A stretch of 62,977 nucleotides of DNA, the filler included. It is 7 parts of 7 records of this genome, joined end to end, with 100 filler letters (N's around TTAATTAATTAA, not from the genome) between each part and the next. Parts side by side here need not be neighbours in the genome. Positions count along the whole stretch, not along the records: positions 32,917 to 45,493 come from SRR31156797_17987; positions 45,594 to 51,555 come from SRR31156797_18014; 5 more parts are not named here. One strand, given 5' to 3'. A program made the translations under genes and the position numbers. Positions 40,551-49,716 of this stretch are shown here, in pieces. Under the pieces are notes generated by a model, which saw only the letters and a list, made by a program, of their open reading frames with translations, had not been told where the DNA came from and did not search any database. Position 1 is the first letter of the stretch, and every line of letters starts with the position of its first letter.

Positions 40551-41426
40551 ATGAAACTATTATCGGATAAAGGCTCTATTGAATTTGCAAAACTGGATGA
40601 AATAACTAGGAAACCAAAACTATTTGCTAAAGATGACGGCAATTTTTGGGAAGATCCCTATATCTCGGAGCACATTCTTTATGCACATTTGGATGATGAA
40701 ACTGATGAAGGATCACGAAAATACGAAACAGTTATTCAATCCGTTAAATGGTTAAGTGCTTACCTAAATCTTCCCGAAAATAGCAAATTACTTGATTTAG
40801 GTTGTGGTCCTGGTTTGTATAGCGAGAACTTTTTTGGTCAGGGATTTGATGTTACGGGAATCGACATCAATCCAAATTCCATTGAGTATGCTAAAAATCA
40901 AGCAAAAGAATGCGGCTATCCTATCAATTACAAATGCCAAAACTATTTGGATATTGATTTCGAAAATGAATTCGATGTGATCACTCTAATTTATGGTGAT
41001 TTGTGTGTTCTCTCTCATCAGGATAGAGATGTACTACTTACAAAAGTGAAGAAAGCACTAAAGCCAAATGGTTATTTAATATGTGATGTTTTCACGAAAT
41101 ACTATTTTAAAAATCAGGAAAATAAACAAGAATGGTATGTTAGTGGTGATGAAGGATTCTGGAGTGCAGAGGAACACCTTTTGCTTCAATCTCATTACAA
41201 ATACAAAAAAGACAAAGTCCGACTAGACAAGTATACCATCATTCAAAAAGATGGAACTATGAAAACCCATCATATTTGGAAACACTATTTTAATAGCAAA
41301 AGAACCGTTACAATGATGGAGCAACATGGATTTATCGTAAAGGACTACTGGTCGAATTTACAAGGAAAGCCATTCGAAAAAGAAAGCCCATGGATTGGTA
41401 TCGTTGCTCAGAAATCGATATTATAG
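40551..41426 (+). CDS. class I SAM-dependent methyltransferase
   Basis: LLDLGCGPGLY, VTGID and LKPNG. Confidence 0.9.
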   Translation: MKLLSDKGSIEFAKLDEITRKPKLFAKDDGNFWEDPYISEHILYAHLDDETDEGSRKYETVIQSVKWLSAYLNLPENSKLLDLGCGPGLYSENFFGQGFDVTGIDINPNSIEYAKNQAKECGYPINYKCQNYLDIDFENEFDVITLIYGDLCVLSHQDRDVLLTKVKKALKPNGYLICDVFTKYYFKNQENKQEWYVSGDEGFWSAEEHLLLQSHYKYKKDKVRLDKYTIIQKDGTMKTHHIWKHYFNSKRTVTMMEQHGFIVKDYWSNLQGKPFEKESPWIGIVAQKSIL

Positions 41427-41475
41427 AATAAAAAAAAAGTGTCATCGTTAAAATTGACAAATGTTCCTAAAAAAG

Positions 41476-41511
41476 AAAAGTCTATTGATAAATTGATATC
41501 AATAGACTTTT
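41476..41511. terminator. bidirectional terminator
   Basis: AAAAGTCTATTGATA/TATCAATAGACTTTT perfect stem between convergent genes. Confidence 0.75.
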
Positions 41512-41532
41512 ACTTGTAAGTAATATATTACA

Positions 41533-43329
41533 TTAATCTTTATACATCTTCTCGATAAGATGCTTATATTTTTCCTGAATTACCTTACGTTTCAGTTTTA
41601 AGGTAGAAGTAATTTCTCCAGCCTCAATTGTAAATTCCTTTGGCAATAAAGTAAACCTCTTCACCTTCTCGAATCTTGAAAACTCTTCTTGTAATTTTTC
41701 GAATCGCTTCTCGAAAAACTCAATAATCTGAGAATTTGCCAATAATTCTTCTATCGAATTAAATACAATATTGTGTTGCATTGCATAAGCTTGAAGTGGT
41801 CCCAAGGCAGGAACTGCAAGAGCAGTTACAAATTGCCTGCAATCACCAATAACTGCAATCTGTTCGATAAACTGATCATTAATTAAGGTTGTTTCAATCT
41901 TTTGAGGAGCAATGTATTTTCCTCCTGAAGTTTTCATCAAATCCTTAATTCTATCGGTTATCACAAGACAACCATTTTCGTCAATTTTACCAGCATCGCC
42001 TGTACAAAACCAGCCATCTTTCATAACCTCAGCGGTGGCTTCTGGCTTTTTATAATAACCACGCATCACACCAGGACCTTTAACTAAAATTTCATCGTTA
42101 TCACCGATTTTTATTTCAGTACCTATAATAGTACGTCCGGTTGTATTGTAATCGATACTGGTATCTCCATATAAGCAAACCGTTGCCATGGTTTCAGTTA
42201 AACCATATCCCATTTTAACATTCAATCCGGTTGCATGGAAAAATTCTAAAATTTCTTTTGATAATGGTGCTCCACCACAAGGCATAAAGTTAATACGTCC
42301 ACCAAAAATCCCTCTTAATTTACTCAACACTAACTTATCTGCAAGTTTGTGTTTCATATTTAAAATAGCAGGAGAGTTTTTTCCCTGTCTTTTATGATGA
42401 TTGTAATATTTTTCGCCAACACTTACCGCCCAACTCATTAGTGCGCGTTTTACTGGAGAAGCTTCTTGAGATTTCTCCTGAATAGCAGAATAAATTTTCT
42501 CATATATACGAGGAACTGTACACATTACAGTAGGCTTTACTTCTTTCATTACCTCGCCAATTTGCTTCGGGTCACGATTAAAGTAAACCTCTATTCCACG
42601 ATGGAAACAGTAAAAACACCAACCACGCTCATATACATGGCTTAAAGGAAGAAAACTAAGTGAAACATCCTTTTCAGAGATATTCAATTCCTTATCATGC
42701 GAAACCAAAACACTAGAAATGTTCTTGTGATCGATCATCACCCCCTTAGGTTCTCCTGTAGTTCCTGATGTATAAATCAGAGTTGCCAAATCATCAAACT
42801 CACCTCTCGAAAATCGATCTTCGAACTCATGTCCCATTCCTGAGTTTTGTCCGTAAATCAGAAATTCATCCCAATACATTGATCTGTCGTGATCAGAAAG
42901 CTTTGTTTTCTTATCGAAAACAACCACCATTTTCACGTGAGAAACCTCTTTAATCAGTTCCATTGCACGATCATATTGTTCCTGCTCACCAACAAAAATG
43001 GCTTGAGCTTCGGAATCTTCAACAATATATTTGGCTTCGCTTGTAGAGTTTGTAGGATAGATTGGAACGGTAACTCCACGAACACTCATAATGGCTAAAT
43101 CCGCAGTGATCCATTCAGGCATGTTTTGTGAGAATATCGCAACTGATTGCTTCTCGTCAACACCCAATTTTATAAGAGCTTTTGATATTTGGCGAATCTG
43201 TAATCCAAATTCATTCCAGCTTACACCAACCCAATTATCATTCTCTTCATCTTTATAGCGCATAGCTATTCGCTCACCGAACTTCTCAATCCTATTGCGA
43301 ATCAACTTGCCCCAATGTTGATACTCCAT
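41533..43329 (-). CDS. long-chain fatty acid-CoA ligase (AMP-binding)
   Basis: YTSGTTGEPKGV, GYGLTET, TGDAG and ITDRIKDLMKTSGGK. Confidence 0.95.
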   Translation of the reverse strand: MEYQHWGKLIRNRIEKFGERIAMRYKDEENDNWVGVSWNEFGLQIRQISKALIKLGVDEKQSVAIFSQNMPEWITADLAIMSVRGVTVPIYPTNSTSEAKYIVEDSEAQAIFVGEQEQYDRAMELIKEVSHVKMVVVFDKKTKLSDHDRSMYWDEFLIYGQNSGMGHEFEDRFSRGEFDDLATLIYTSGTTGEPKGVMIDHKNISSVLVSHDKELNISEKDVSLSFLPLSHVYERGWCFYCFHRGIEVYFNRDPKQIGEVMKEVKPTVMCTVPRIYEKIYSAIQEKSQEASPVKRALMSWAVSVGEKYYNHHKRQGKNSPAILNMKHKLADKLVLSKLRGIFGGRINFMPCGGAPLSKEILEFFHATGLNVKMGYGLTETMATVCLYGDTSIDYNTTGRTIIGTEIKIGDNDEILVKGPGVMRGYYKKPEATAEVMKDGWFCTGDAGKIDENGCLVITDRIKDLMKTSGGKYIAPQKIETTLINDQFIEQIAVIGDCRQFVTALAVPALGPLQAYAMQHNIVFNSIEELLANSQIIEFFEKRFEKLQEEFSRFEKVKRFTLLPKEFTIEAGEITSTLKLKRKVIQEKYKHLIEKMYKD

Positions 43330-43563
43330 AAAAGTATTTTAGTTGTAAATCGAAGCAAAGATAATGATGTTTCACTGATTTGAAAGGTTTTCGCTGCAGC
43401 ATTGGTAGCTGCAAACAGTTAAACCTTGTTAAATCACAACATAACACCATTCCAAACAAAACAAAAACACCCTATCTATCAACACCTTACAGAAAACGCT
43501 CATCAACCTATGTTAATGAGCGCTCTTTATATCCTAAATACAGAATAAATCCGATAATTACAT

Positions 43564-44175
43564 CTACTTTACATGAAAATCCAGCATTTTTTCACCTTCC
43601 AATTCTGCCACCAAATGATCGCCAATTTTAACGGGTCCTACTCCTTCTGGTGTTCCAGTATAAATCATATCACCAATTTTTAATGTGAAAAATTGCGACA
43701 AGTAAGAGATCAAGTAATCTACCGAAAAAATCATATTTGAAGAGTTTCCTGTTTGAACTCTTTCTCCATTGATATCCAAATTAAAGTTTAGGTTCCCAAC
43801 TGATTTGAATTTATTCTTAGGAATAAATTTACTTATTGGCGCTGCTCCATCAAATGCTTTCGCTTTTTCCCAAGGCAAACCTTTCTTCTTGCATTCAGCC
43901 TGTATATCACGAGCCGTAAAATCAATACCTAAGGCTACTTCTTCATAATATCGGTGAGCAAACTCTATCGGAATATTCTTACCAACTCTGTTGATTTTTA
44001 TTACCAGTTCCAATTCATGATGAATGTCTTTCGAAAAATCAGGATAATAGAAATCATTATTATTTTTTAATAGAGCAGAATCAGGCATTGAAAAAACAAC
44101 AGGTTCCTGAGGTACGGGATTGTTCAATTCTTTTGCATGATTCACATAATTTCGACCAATTGCTAAAATCTTCAT
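43564..44175 (-). CDS. fumarylacetoacetate hydrolase family protein
   Basis: IGRNY..HAKE, HHELEL, DFTARD and TGTPEGVG. Confidence 0.94.
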   Translation of the reverse strand: MKILAIGRNYVNHAKELNNPVPQEPVVFSMPDSALLKNNNDFYYPDFSKDIHHELELVIKINRVGKNIPIEFAHRYYEEVALGIDFTARDIQAECKKKGLPWEKAKAFDGAAPISKFIPKNKFKSVGNLNFNLDINGERVQTGNSSNMIFSVDYLISYLSQFFTLKIGDMIYTGTPEGVGPVKIGDHLVAELEGEKMLDFHVK

Positions 44176-44198
44176 AATAGTAATTTGAAATGCTAATC

Positions 44199-44966
44199 CT
44201 ATTTATTAAAACCTCTAAGTTTAATCTCAGTTAAGATTTTCTTTGTGTACAATGGGAAATCTGAATTCATTACCCAACCATAATATCCTGGTTGTGCATT
44301 CAATACTTCCTCAACAGTTTTTCCTTTGTTTTTACCAAAATTAAACCGCTCAATACCTTTTTCATCAATAATGATAAATCCTGCGAAATCGGCATTCTTA
44401 TTCTGCGAAGAAAATTTAGCTAGGTAATCAATATCATTTTCTAGATTATCGTATTTATCCAACTGAGACTTAAGAACTTCATAAGTAGCTTTGGTATCAG
44501 CTTCAGCTCCGTGAGCTCCTTCCAATTCCTTATTACAATAGAATCGGTAAGCTGCTGTTAAAGTTCGCTGTTCCATTTTATGAAAAATAGTTTGTACATC
44601 AACAAACTTTCTTTTCTTCATATCAAAATCAATATCCGCTCTTAGAAATTCCTCTGCTAACAATGGAAAATCAAATCTATTAGAATTGTAACCTGCCAAA
44701 TCGCATCCTTCAAGATATTTAGCGATGGTTTTCCCCAACTCTTTAAAGGTAGGTTCATCTTTTACATCCTCATCCTTAATACCATGTATGGCTGATGATT
44801 GCGCTGGAATAGGCATTCCAGGATTCACTCTAAATGTTTTCACCTCTTCGTCGCCATTTGGGCTAACTTTAACGATACAGATTTCAACGATACGATCTTT
44901 AGCAACATTAATTCCTGTTGTCTCTAAATCGATAAATGCGATTGGATTCTTTAAGTTCAGATTCAT
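44199..44966 (-). CDS. DEDDh 3'-5' exonuclease (DNA pol III epsilon-like)
   Basis: DLETTG, YNSNRFD and HGAEAD; located downstream of dnaN. Confidence 0.93.
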   Translation of the reverse strand: MNLNLKNPIAFIDLETTGINVAKDRIVEICIVKVSPNGDEEVKTFRVNPGMPIPAQSSAIHGIKDEDVKDEPTFKELGKTIAKYLEGCDLAGYNSNRFDFPLLAEEFLRADIDFDMKKRKFVDVQTIFHKMEQRTLTAAYRFYCNKELEGAHGAEADTKATYEVLKSQLDKYDNLENDIDYLAKFSSQNKNADFAGFIIIDEKGIERFNFGKNKGKTVEEVLNAQPGYYGWVMNSDFPLYTKKILTEIKLRGFNK

Positions 44967-45072
44967 TTGATGCTTTTCTTATGAATTCATTAATGATGTA
45001 AAAATATAAAACCTAACAGAGAATTACACTCCGTTAGGTTTTTAATATTTTAAAATTTGATTTTAATGTGCA

Positions 45073-45493
45073 TTAAGCGTTAATCATCATTGGCATTAAC
45101 AACATTAACACATCTTCGTCAGCATTTTCATTATCATATGGTAAGAAAATACCGGCTCTTGTAGGATCTGACAATTCAACCATTACATTCGCTGAAGAAA
45201 TGTTTGAAAGGATTTCCAATAAGAACACCGATTTAAAACCTATCTCTAACTCTTGTCCTTCGTACTGGCATAGTAATCTTTCTCTCGCTGAAATCGAGAA
45301 ATCGATATCCTGAGCAGAAACAACTAATTCGTTAGCTTTCAACTCAAATTTAATTAGGTTACTTGCCGGATTGGAGAATACAGAAACTCGCTTTAATGTA
45401 TTGTACAATTCCACTCTATCAATAGTTAAAACATTTGGATTGTTTTTAGGAATTACCGAGTTGTAACTTGGGTAATTTCCTTCAACCAAACGA
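45073..45493 (-). CDS. dnaN: DNA polymerase III beta clamp, C-terminal part (5' truncated)
   Basis: EGNYPSYNSVIP, IGFKSVFLLEIL and LLMPM. Confidence 0.93.
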
Positions 45494-45593
45494 NNNNNNN
45501 NNNNNNNNNNNNNNNNNNNNNNNNNNNNNNNNNNNNNTTAATTAATTAANNNNNNNNNNNNNNNNNNNNNNNNNNNNNNNNNNNNNNNNNNNN
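45494..45593. other. artificial contig spacer
   Basis: N-run containing TTAATTAATTAA. Confidence 0.99.
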
Positions 45594-45656
45594 GCTGGAT
45601 AGAGCAACGCCCTTCTAAGGCGTAGGTCATACGTTCGAATCGTATAGGGAGTACCA
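45594..45656 (+). tRNA. tRNA-Arg (anticodon UCU), 5' truncated
   Basis: GGATAGAGC D-arm, ACGCC-CTTCTAA-GGCGT anticodon arm, ATACG-TTCGAAT-CGTAT T-arm and CCA. Confidence 0.92.
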
Positions 45657-45661
45657 CTTAT

Positions 45662-45708
45662 AAAGCCTTATTTAATTAAGTTCTGACTTGATTAAATAAG
45701 GCTTTTTT
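45662..45708 (+). terminator. terminator after tRNA-Arg
   Basis: AAAGCCTTATTTAAT...ATTAAATAAGGCTTT followed by a T-tract. Confidence 0.8.
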
Positions 45709-45762
45709 ATTGCATAAAAATTAACTACTTTTAGATATAATCATTTAACTAAGGAGTTATCA

Positions 45763-45885
45763 ATGATTATAAAAATACTTTTTATCTCTTCACTCATTTT
45801 TCTTTTTTCAGGATGTTCTATTTGGAATACTACTACACATATCACTGGAAAAACGTATAATTGTGTAAAAGATACTATTGAATAA
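45763..45885 (+). CDS. 40-aa small lipoprotein (not in ORF track)
   Basis: AAGGAG RBS; MIIKILFISSLIFLFSGCSIWNTTTHITGKTYNCVKDTIE with lipobox FSGC. Confidence 0.72.
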   Translation: MIIKILFISSLIFLFSGCSIWNTTTHITGKTYNCVKDTIE

Positions 45886-45909
45886 ATAACTCTATATAAA
45901 ATAAGCAAT

Positions 45910-46004
45910 AAAAAAGCCCTACTGTATTGTAGGGCTAGAAACTCTCTCAAAACTTAATATTAGAGAAAAAAAGGAAAAACACACCTTGTTCTTACAATGA
46001 ACTA
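45910..46004 (-). ncRNA. candidate sigma54-dependent sRNA
   Basis: Upstream TTGGAAT-AGTAA-TTGCA (-24/-12; 46015-46031), 5' hairpin GTTC/GAAC, a C/U-rich core and terminator AGCCCTAC/GTAGGGCT plus T6. Confidence 0.55.
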
Positions 46005-46038
46005 ATAGTGTTAATGCAATTACTATTCCAATAAGATA

Positions 46039-46152
46039 TTAAAATCCATTCCCTATAATTAAAAGTGAAACTACATTAAAACAACCTAAAAATAATGCTG
46101 TTGAGAAAAATACTATTTTGTCTTTTTTAAATGAATATTGATGTTTTTTCAT
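46039..46152 (-). CDS. 37-aa small membrane peptide (not in ORF track)
   Basis: AAGGAG RBS; MKKHQYSFKKDKIVFFSTALFLGCFNVVSLLIIGNGF, with a basic N-terminus and one TM helix. Confidence 0.65.
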   Translation of the reverse strand: MKKHQYSFKKDKIVFFSTALFLGCFNVVSLLIIGNGF

Positions 46153-46196
46153 AACATACTCCTTTATCTTAAGACAAGTATAATAAAAAAAAATGG

Positions 46197-46412
46197 CTAA
46201 AATATGGTCTTTGAGAGATATTTTTCTATTTCAAATTCAGCTATTTGATTTACCTCTTTGAAGCTTTTATCAAAATGGATCACTACATGATCAAAAAGAG
46301 GATGATCTTTATAGTGTTGTTCAAACTTATTTTGATCCTCTTCAAAAAGGTTAAAAAACTCCCCTCTTAGCTTTTTCCACTCTATAATAAGGGTTTCTTT
46401 ATCTTGATCCAT
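46197..46412 (-). CDS. hypothetical protein
   Basis: 71-aa ORF starting 3 bp after the mltB stop. Confidence 0.65.
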   Translation of the reverse strand: MDQDKETLIIEWKKLRGEFFNLFEEDQNKFEQHYKDHPLFDHVVIHFDKSFKEVNQIAEFEIEKYLSKTIF

Positions 46413-46415
46413 AGC

Positions 46416-47459
46416 TTAATTATTTTTATTTTTTGAAGGAGTTGTTTCATTTAAAGCTAATGAACTTCTTTGAAGATCTTTTTTGATCTTTTGTGCCAAT
46501 TGATGTACAGACATAGCATAATAAGCGCTATGGTTATATCTCGTTATCACATAAAAGTTTTTTGCGGCATACCACAACTCATCATATGATTTTTTATTGA
46601 GTTTGATTAATCGTACTTTATCAAAATAATCCCAATCTCCATATTTTGGTTTTATCCCTTTGAGATCTCTTCTATCATACTTGATATTGTATCCCGTTTT
46701 ATATTGTTTGAATCTTGTCCCTTTATATGATACTCTCGTTGCTACCTCTTCATTATGTTCCCAACCATGCTCTTTTAGATAGTTTGCGACACTTGCAATG
46801 GCATCTTCAGGGTGATGAAGAGTTACTTTACCATCTTTATTAAAATCAACTCCAAAATGTTTATAACTACTTGGCATAAATTGCCCTAGTCCAATTGCTC
46901 CAGCGTATGAGCCTTTCATCTCTTTTGGATCAACTTTATATCTATATGATAGTAAAATAAACTCTTCTAATTGACCTTTAAAAAATTCATTTCTTCTATT
47001 TTTCTCAAATGCTAAAGTTGTAAGTGTATCAAAAATAGGATATTTCCCCGTATTTTGTCCATATACACTTTCTATCCCAATAATTGCTGCAATATATTCA
47101 ACAGGAACTTTATATTTTTTTTCAACCCCTTCAAATACATTTTGGTATTTTTTTATAAACTCTATTCCCTGTTTTACCCTTTGATCAGTAACCTTGTATT
47201 TTACATATCTATCCCAAGCACCATATCGTGGATAGAGTTTTACTTTTTTATCAAGTTTTTTCTCTTTTTTTCTTACACTATATATCTTTAAAGGAGTTTT
47301 TTGCAGGGTTACATCTTGGAAAAGTTCGTTTAAATAGGATCTTTTAAAGTTATGTTTTTTTTCCATCATATTGATAAAATCTAGAGCTTCTTTATTTGTT
47401 GTATAATCTTTTGCACTTAAAAATGTTATAAAACTCACTATTAATAAAAAATATTTCAT
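46416..47459 (-). CDS. mltB: lytic murein transglycosylase B (SLT_2)
   Basis: AIIGIESVYG, GSYAGAIGLGQFMPSS, EF-hand VDFNKDGK, DAIASVANYL and ITRYNHS.YYAM. It has its own TTGATA-17-TATAAC promoter at 47482-47510. Confidence 0.93.
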   Translation of the reverse strand: MKYFLLIVSFITFLSAKDYTTNKEALDFINMMEKKHNFKRSYLNELFQDVTLQKTPLKIYSVRKKEKKLDKKVKLYPRYGAWDRYVKYKVTDQRVKQGIEFIKKYQNVFEGVEKKYKVPVEYIAAIIGIESVYGQNTGKYPIFDTLTTLAFEKNRRNEFFKGQLEEFILLSYRYKVDPKEMKGSYAGAIGLGQFMPSSYKHFGVDFNKDGKVTLHHPEDAIASVANYLKEHGWEHNEEVATRVSYKGTRFKQYKTGYNIKYDRRDLKGIKPKYGDWDYFDKVRLIKLNKKSYDELWYAAKNFYVITRYNHSAYYAMSVHQLAQKIKKDLQRSSLALNETTPSKNKNN

Positions 47460-47549
47460 CTAAAGATCCTTTGACTACATTGTTATATATTAAAGTTTGT
47501 ATTGTATCAAAGAGGAATAAAATACACATTAAGTGATTTTCTACTATAT

Positions 47550-47681
47550 AAAAAGCCCCGCAAAATTACGGGGCTTTATAAAATATTTTGAAATTTATTG
47601 AGAAAAAGTCAAAATAGTAATGGCAACTTCCTTTTCAAACACTATCATTATAAAAAATCAAAATGAAATCAAAATGAAATC
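47550..47681 (-). ncRNA. candidate sRNA unit with 11-bp direct-repeat operator
   Basis: (AAATCAAAATG)x2.5 at 47655-47681, -10 TATAAT (47647-47652), about 90 nt with no credible ORF, and terminator AAAGCCCCG/CGGGGCTTT. Confidence 0.4.
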
Positions 47682-47691
47682 TTATTTTCAA

Positions 47692-49161
47692 TCAAGCAAT
47701 AAATATTGTATCATCATAATATGTTCCTAAAGCTTCTCCATCTAATTCACTCAGGGCATAAAAATCAAATACATTTTGTGCTTCTAACCCAGGTAATAAA
47801 GGCTCCAAAATATCACTGATCATATCTGCATTTACTTTATATTCTTTGAAAATATTATACATCATCTCTACTTCTAATACTAGATATGTGGATACTATTT
47901 CAAATGTTTGTTCCATATTTAAGCCAAATGTTTCATTGATATAGTTTTCTGTAGTATAATAGGTCATATTGTGTTCAGTATTACTACTTTTTATTTCATT
48001 ATCTAAAATTGTTCTTTGCGATATTAAAGATGTAAGACCATTATCAAATGTTCCATTTATTGGATTTGTAAGTTTTAAGAAAAATGTTTCATTAGCTTCA
48101 GAAAGATTGTCTCCTATTATTTCTATTGGAATTACAGCTTGATCTTCTTGGTTATAAATAGTAATAGTACCACTTGAATATAGATAATCTTCACCTGCAG
48201 TTGCAGTTCCATCTATTGTTGTATACTCAATGGTGATATCACCCTGTAGTTTTTTTCTATCTATAGTAATTAAAAAATAATTAGTAAGAATCCCTTCATC
48301 TAGTTCATTTATTGATCTTTCTACTGCTGAGATACTATTGGGAGCATTCTCATAGTTTGATCTTATCTGAGTATCTATCCATTCTTGAAAATAACTCACC
48401 CTTTGCCATGCACCTAATTCACCAAAACTACTATTGACCTCATAATCTATATCATATGTACCTATACTTGCAGAATATGAGGCTATACCAGCTACTTTTC
48501 CATCTAAAAATGTTGGTCCCCCACTATCTCCACTTGCTATCATACCTTCATAAACTCCAAGACCTAAATCATTAATATCTAAAAGTCCTCCCAATGCATC
48601 ATTTACAGTCATACCATTATCAAAATCTGCTGTAAGAATAGAATTTCTTAAAGGTGTCCAACTTAATCCATTGACATTTGTATACACATCATAAAAGTCT
48701 GCATCAAAGGTGTTTTGAGTAATAAGTTTTTCATTGTCATAATTTTGATCAATCTCACCTCTTCGTCCATTTCCTATCATTCCATAACCAGCCATAATAA
48801 AATCTTGACCTAGTTCATCAAAGTCTCTATATAGTTGATACCTTTGATATTCGATAGGAGCATGTTCATCGAGCACTATCGTTGCAACATCACTATTACT
48901 ATTCTCTGAATCATATCCACTATGTACAACTACTGAGCCATTTATAGCTATGGGAGTAGTTGCTGTATCAAAATATACTGTTACTCTATTATTTGGGGCT
49001 TGATCTACCACATGAGCTGCTGTTAAGACTGTTTTACCATCGTACAGTAAAGAGCCTGTTCCAGAGTAAGAACCATCTGAAATATTGACTACTCCATTAT
49101 ATTGATCATTGTAACTCGTACTATAGATTGAACTATTATAATTTGTAAGATATGTTGTCAT
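47692..49161 (-). CDS. S1 (trypsin-fold) serine protease with Calx-beta domain
   Basis: LTAAH, SDVA and GDSGGP triad; Calx-beta YTTIDGTATAGEDY...IIGDNLSEANETF; no signal peptide and no Cys. Confidence 0.88.
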   Translation of the reverse strand: MTTYLTNYNSSIYSTSYNDQYNGVVNISDGSYSGTGSLLYDGKTVLTAAHVVDQAPNNRVTVYFDTATTPIAINGSVVVHSGYDSENSNSDVATIVLDEHAPIEYQRYQLYRDFDELGQDFIMAGYGMIGNGRRGEIDQNYDNEKLITQNTFDADFYDVYTNVNGLSWTPLRNSILTADFDNGMTVNDALGGLLDINDLGLGVYEGMIASGDSGGPTFLDGKVAGIASYSASIGTYDIDYEVNSSFGELGAWQRVSYFQEWIDTQIRSNYENAPNSISAVERSINELDEGILTNYFLITIDRKKLQGDITIEYTTIDGTATAGEDYLYSSGTITIYNQEDQAVIPIEIIGDNLSEANETFFLKLTNPINGTFDNGLTSLISQRTILDNEIKSSNTEHNMTYYTTENYINETFGLNMEQTFEIVSTYLVLEVEMMYNIFKEYKVNADMISDILEPLLPGLEAQNVFDFYALSELDGEALGTYYDDTIFIA

Positions 49162-49177
49162 AGTTATACCCTTATTA

Positions 49178-49711
49178 TCAAAAGTGTAATGAAATTCCCC
49201 AGTTTACATTAGGTACTGCTTGCTTTATAGTTTCAATAATTTTTCTAAATAATACTATATCCATAATACTAGATGCCTTAAAATTGTTTTTAGAGATCAG
49301 TATCATAGTTGTTAGGTTTGTTTTTTTGTCAAATTGTAACTGTACTGATACCAAAAGATCTTCAACTGACTTATAAAGTTCTATATCCTCAGAGTTTGTT
49401 TGTGTTACATCACTAGCATATTTTGTTGTTTGAGTATCTGCTGATTGTATCGGTTTTGGTATTGCATTCGTTTTCTTATTATAGGATGCTTCTATAGTGA
49501 GAGGGTTTTGTACTTGAGTGTTTTGATTAGGATAATATGTATGGATATATTCATCAAAAGAACATAAGAGATCTATCACAAAAGATCGTGTCACCATCAT
49601 ATCAATTCTATTATGTATATCTTTATAGTTTATTGCTAAACGTATTCTGTCTTCTATTTTATCATAGATGGGGGTAAGAGATTCTATTTTATAGTTTTTA
49701 TTTTCCCCCAT
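49178..49711 (-). CDS. conserved hypothetical protein
   Basis: 177 aa with a YDKIEDRI...VTRS N-terminal motif; tightly spaced with its neighbours. Confidence 0.75.
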   Translation of the reverse strand: MGENKNYKIESLTPIYDKIEDRIRLAINYKDIHNRIDMMVTRSFVIDLLCSFDEYIHTYYPNQNTQVQNPLTIEASYNKKTNAIPKPIQSADTQTTKYASDVTQTNSEDIELYKSVEDLLVSVQLQFDKKTNLTTMILISKNNFKASSIMDIVLFRKIIETIKQAVPNVNWGISLHF

Positions 49712-49716
49712 GTGTT

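Noticed and set aside
45741-45950. 69-aa minus-strand ORF
   Set aside because: It has no RBS, crosses a terminator, and is antisense to the better-supported 40-aa lipoprotein.
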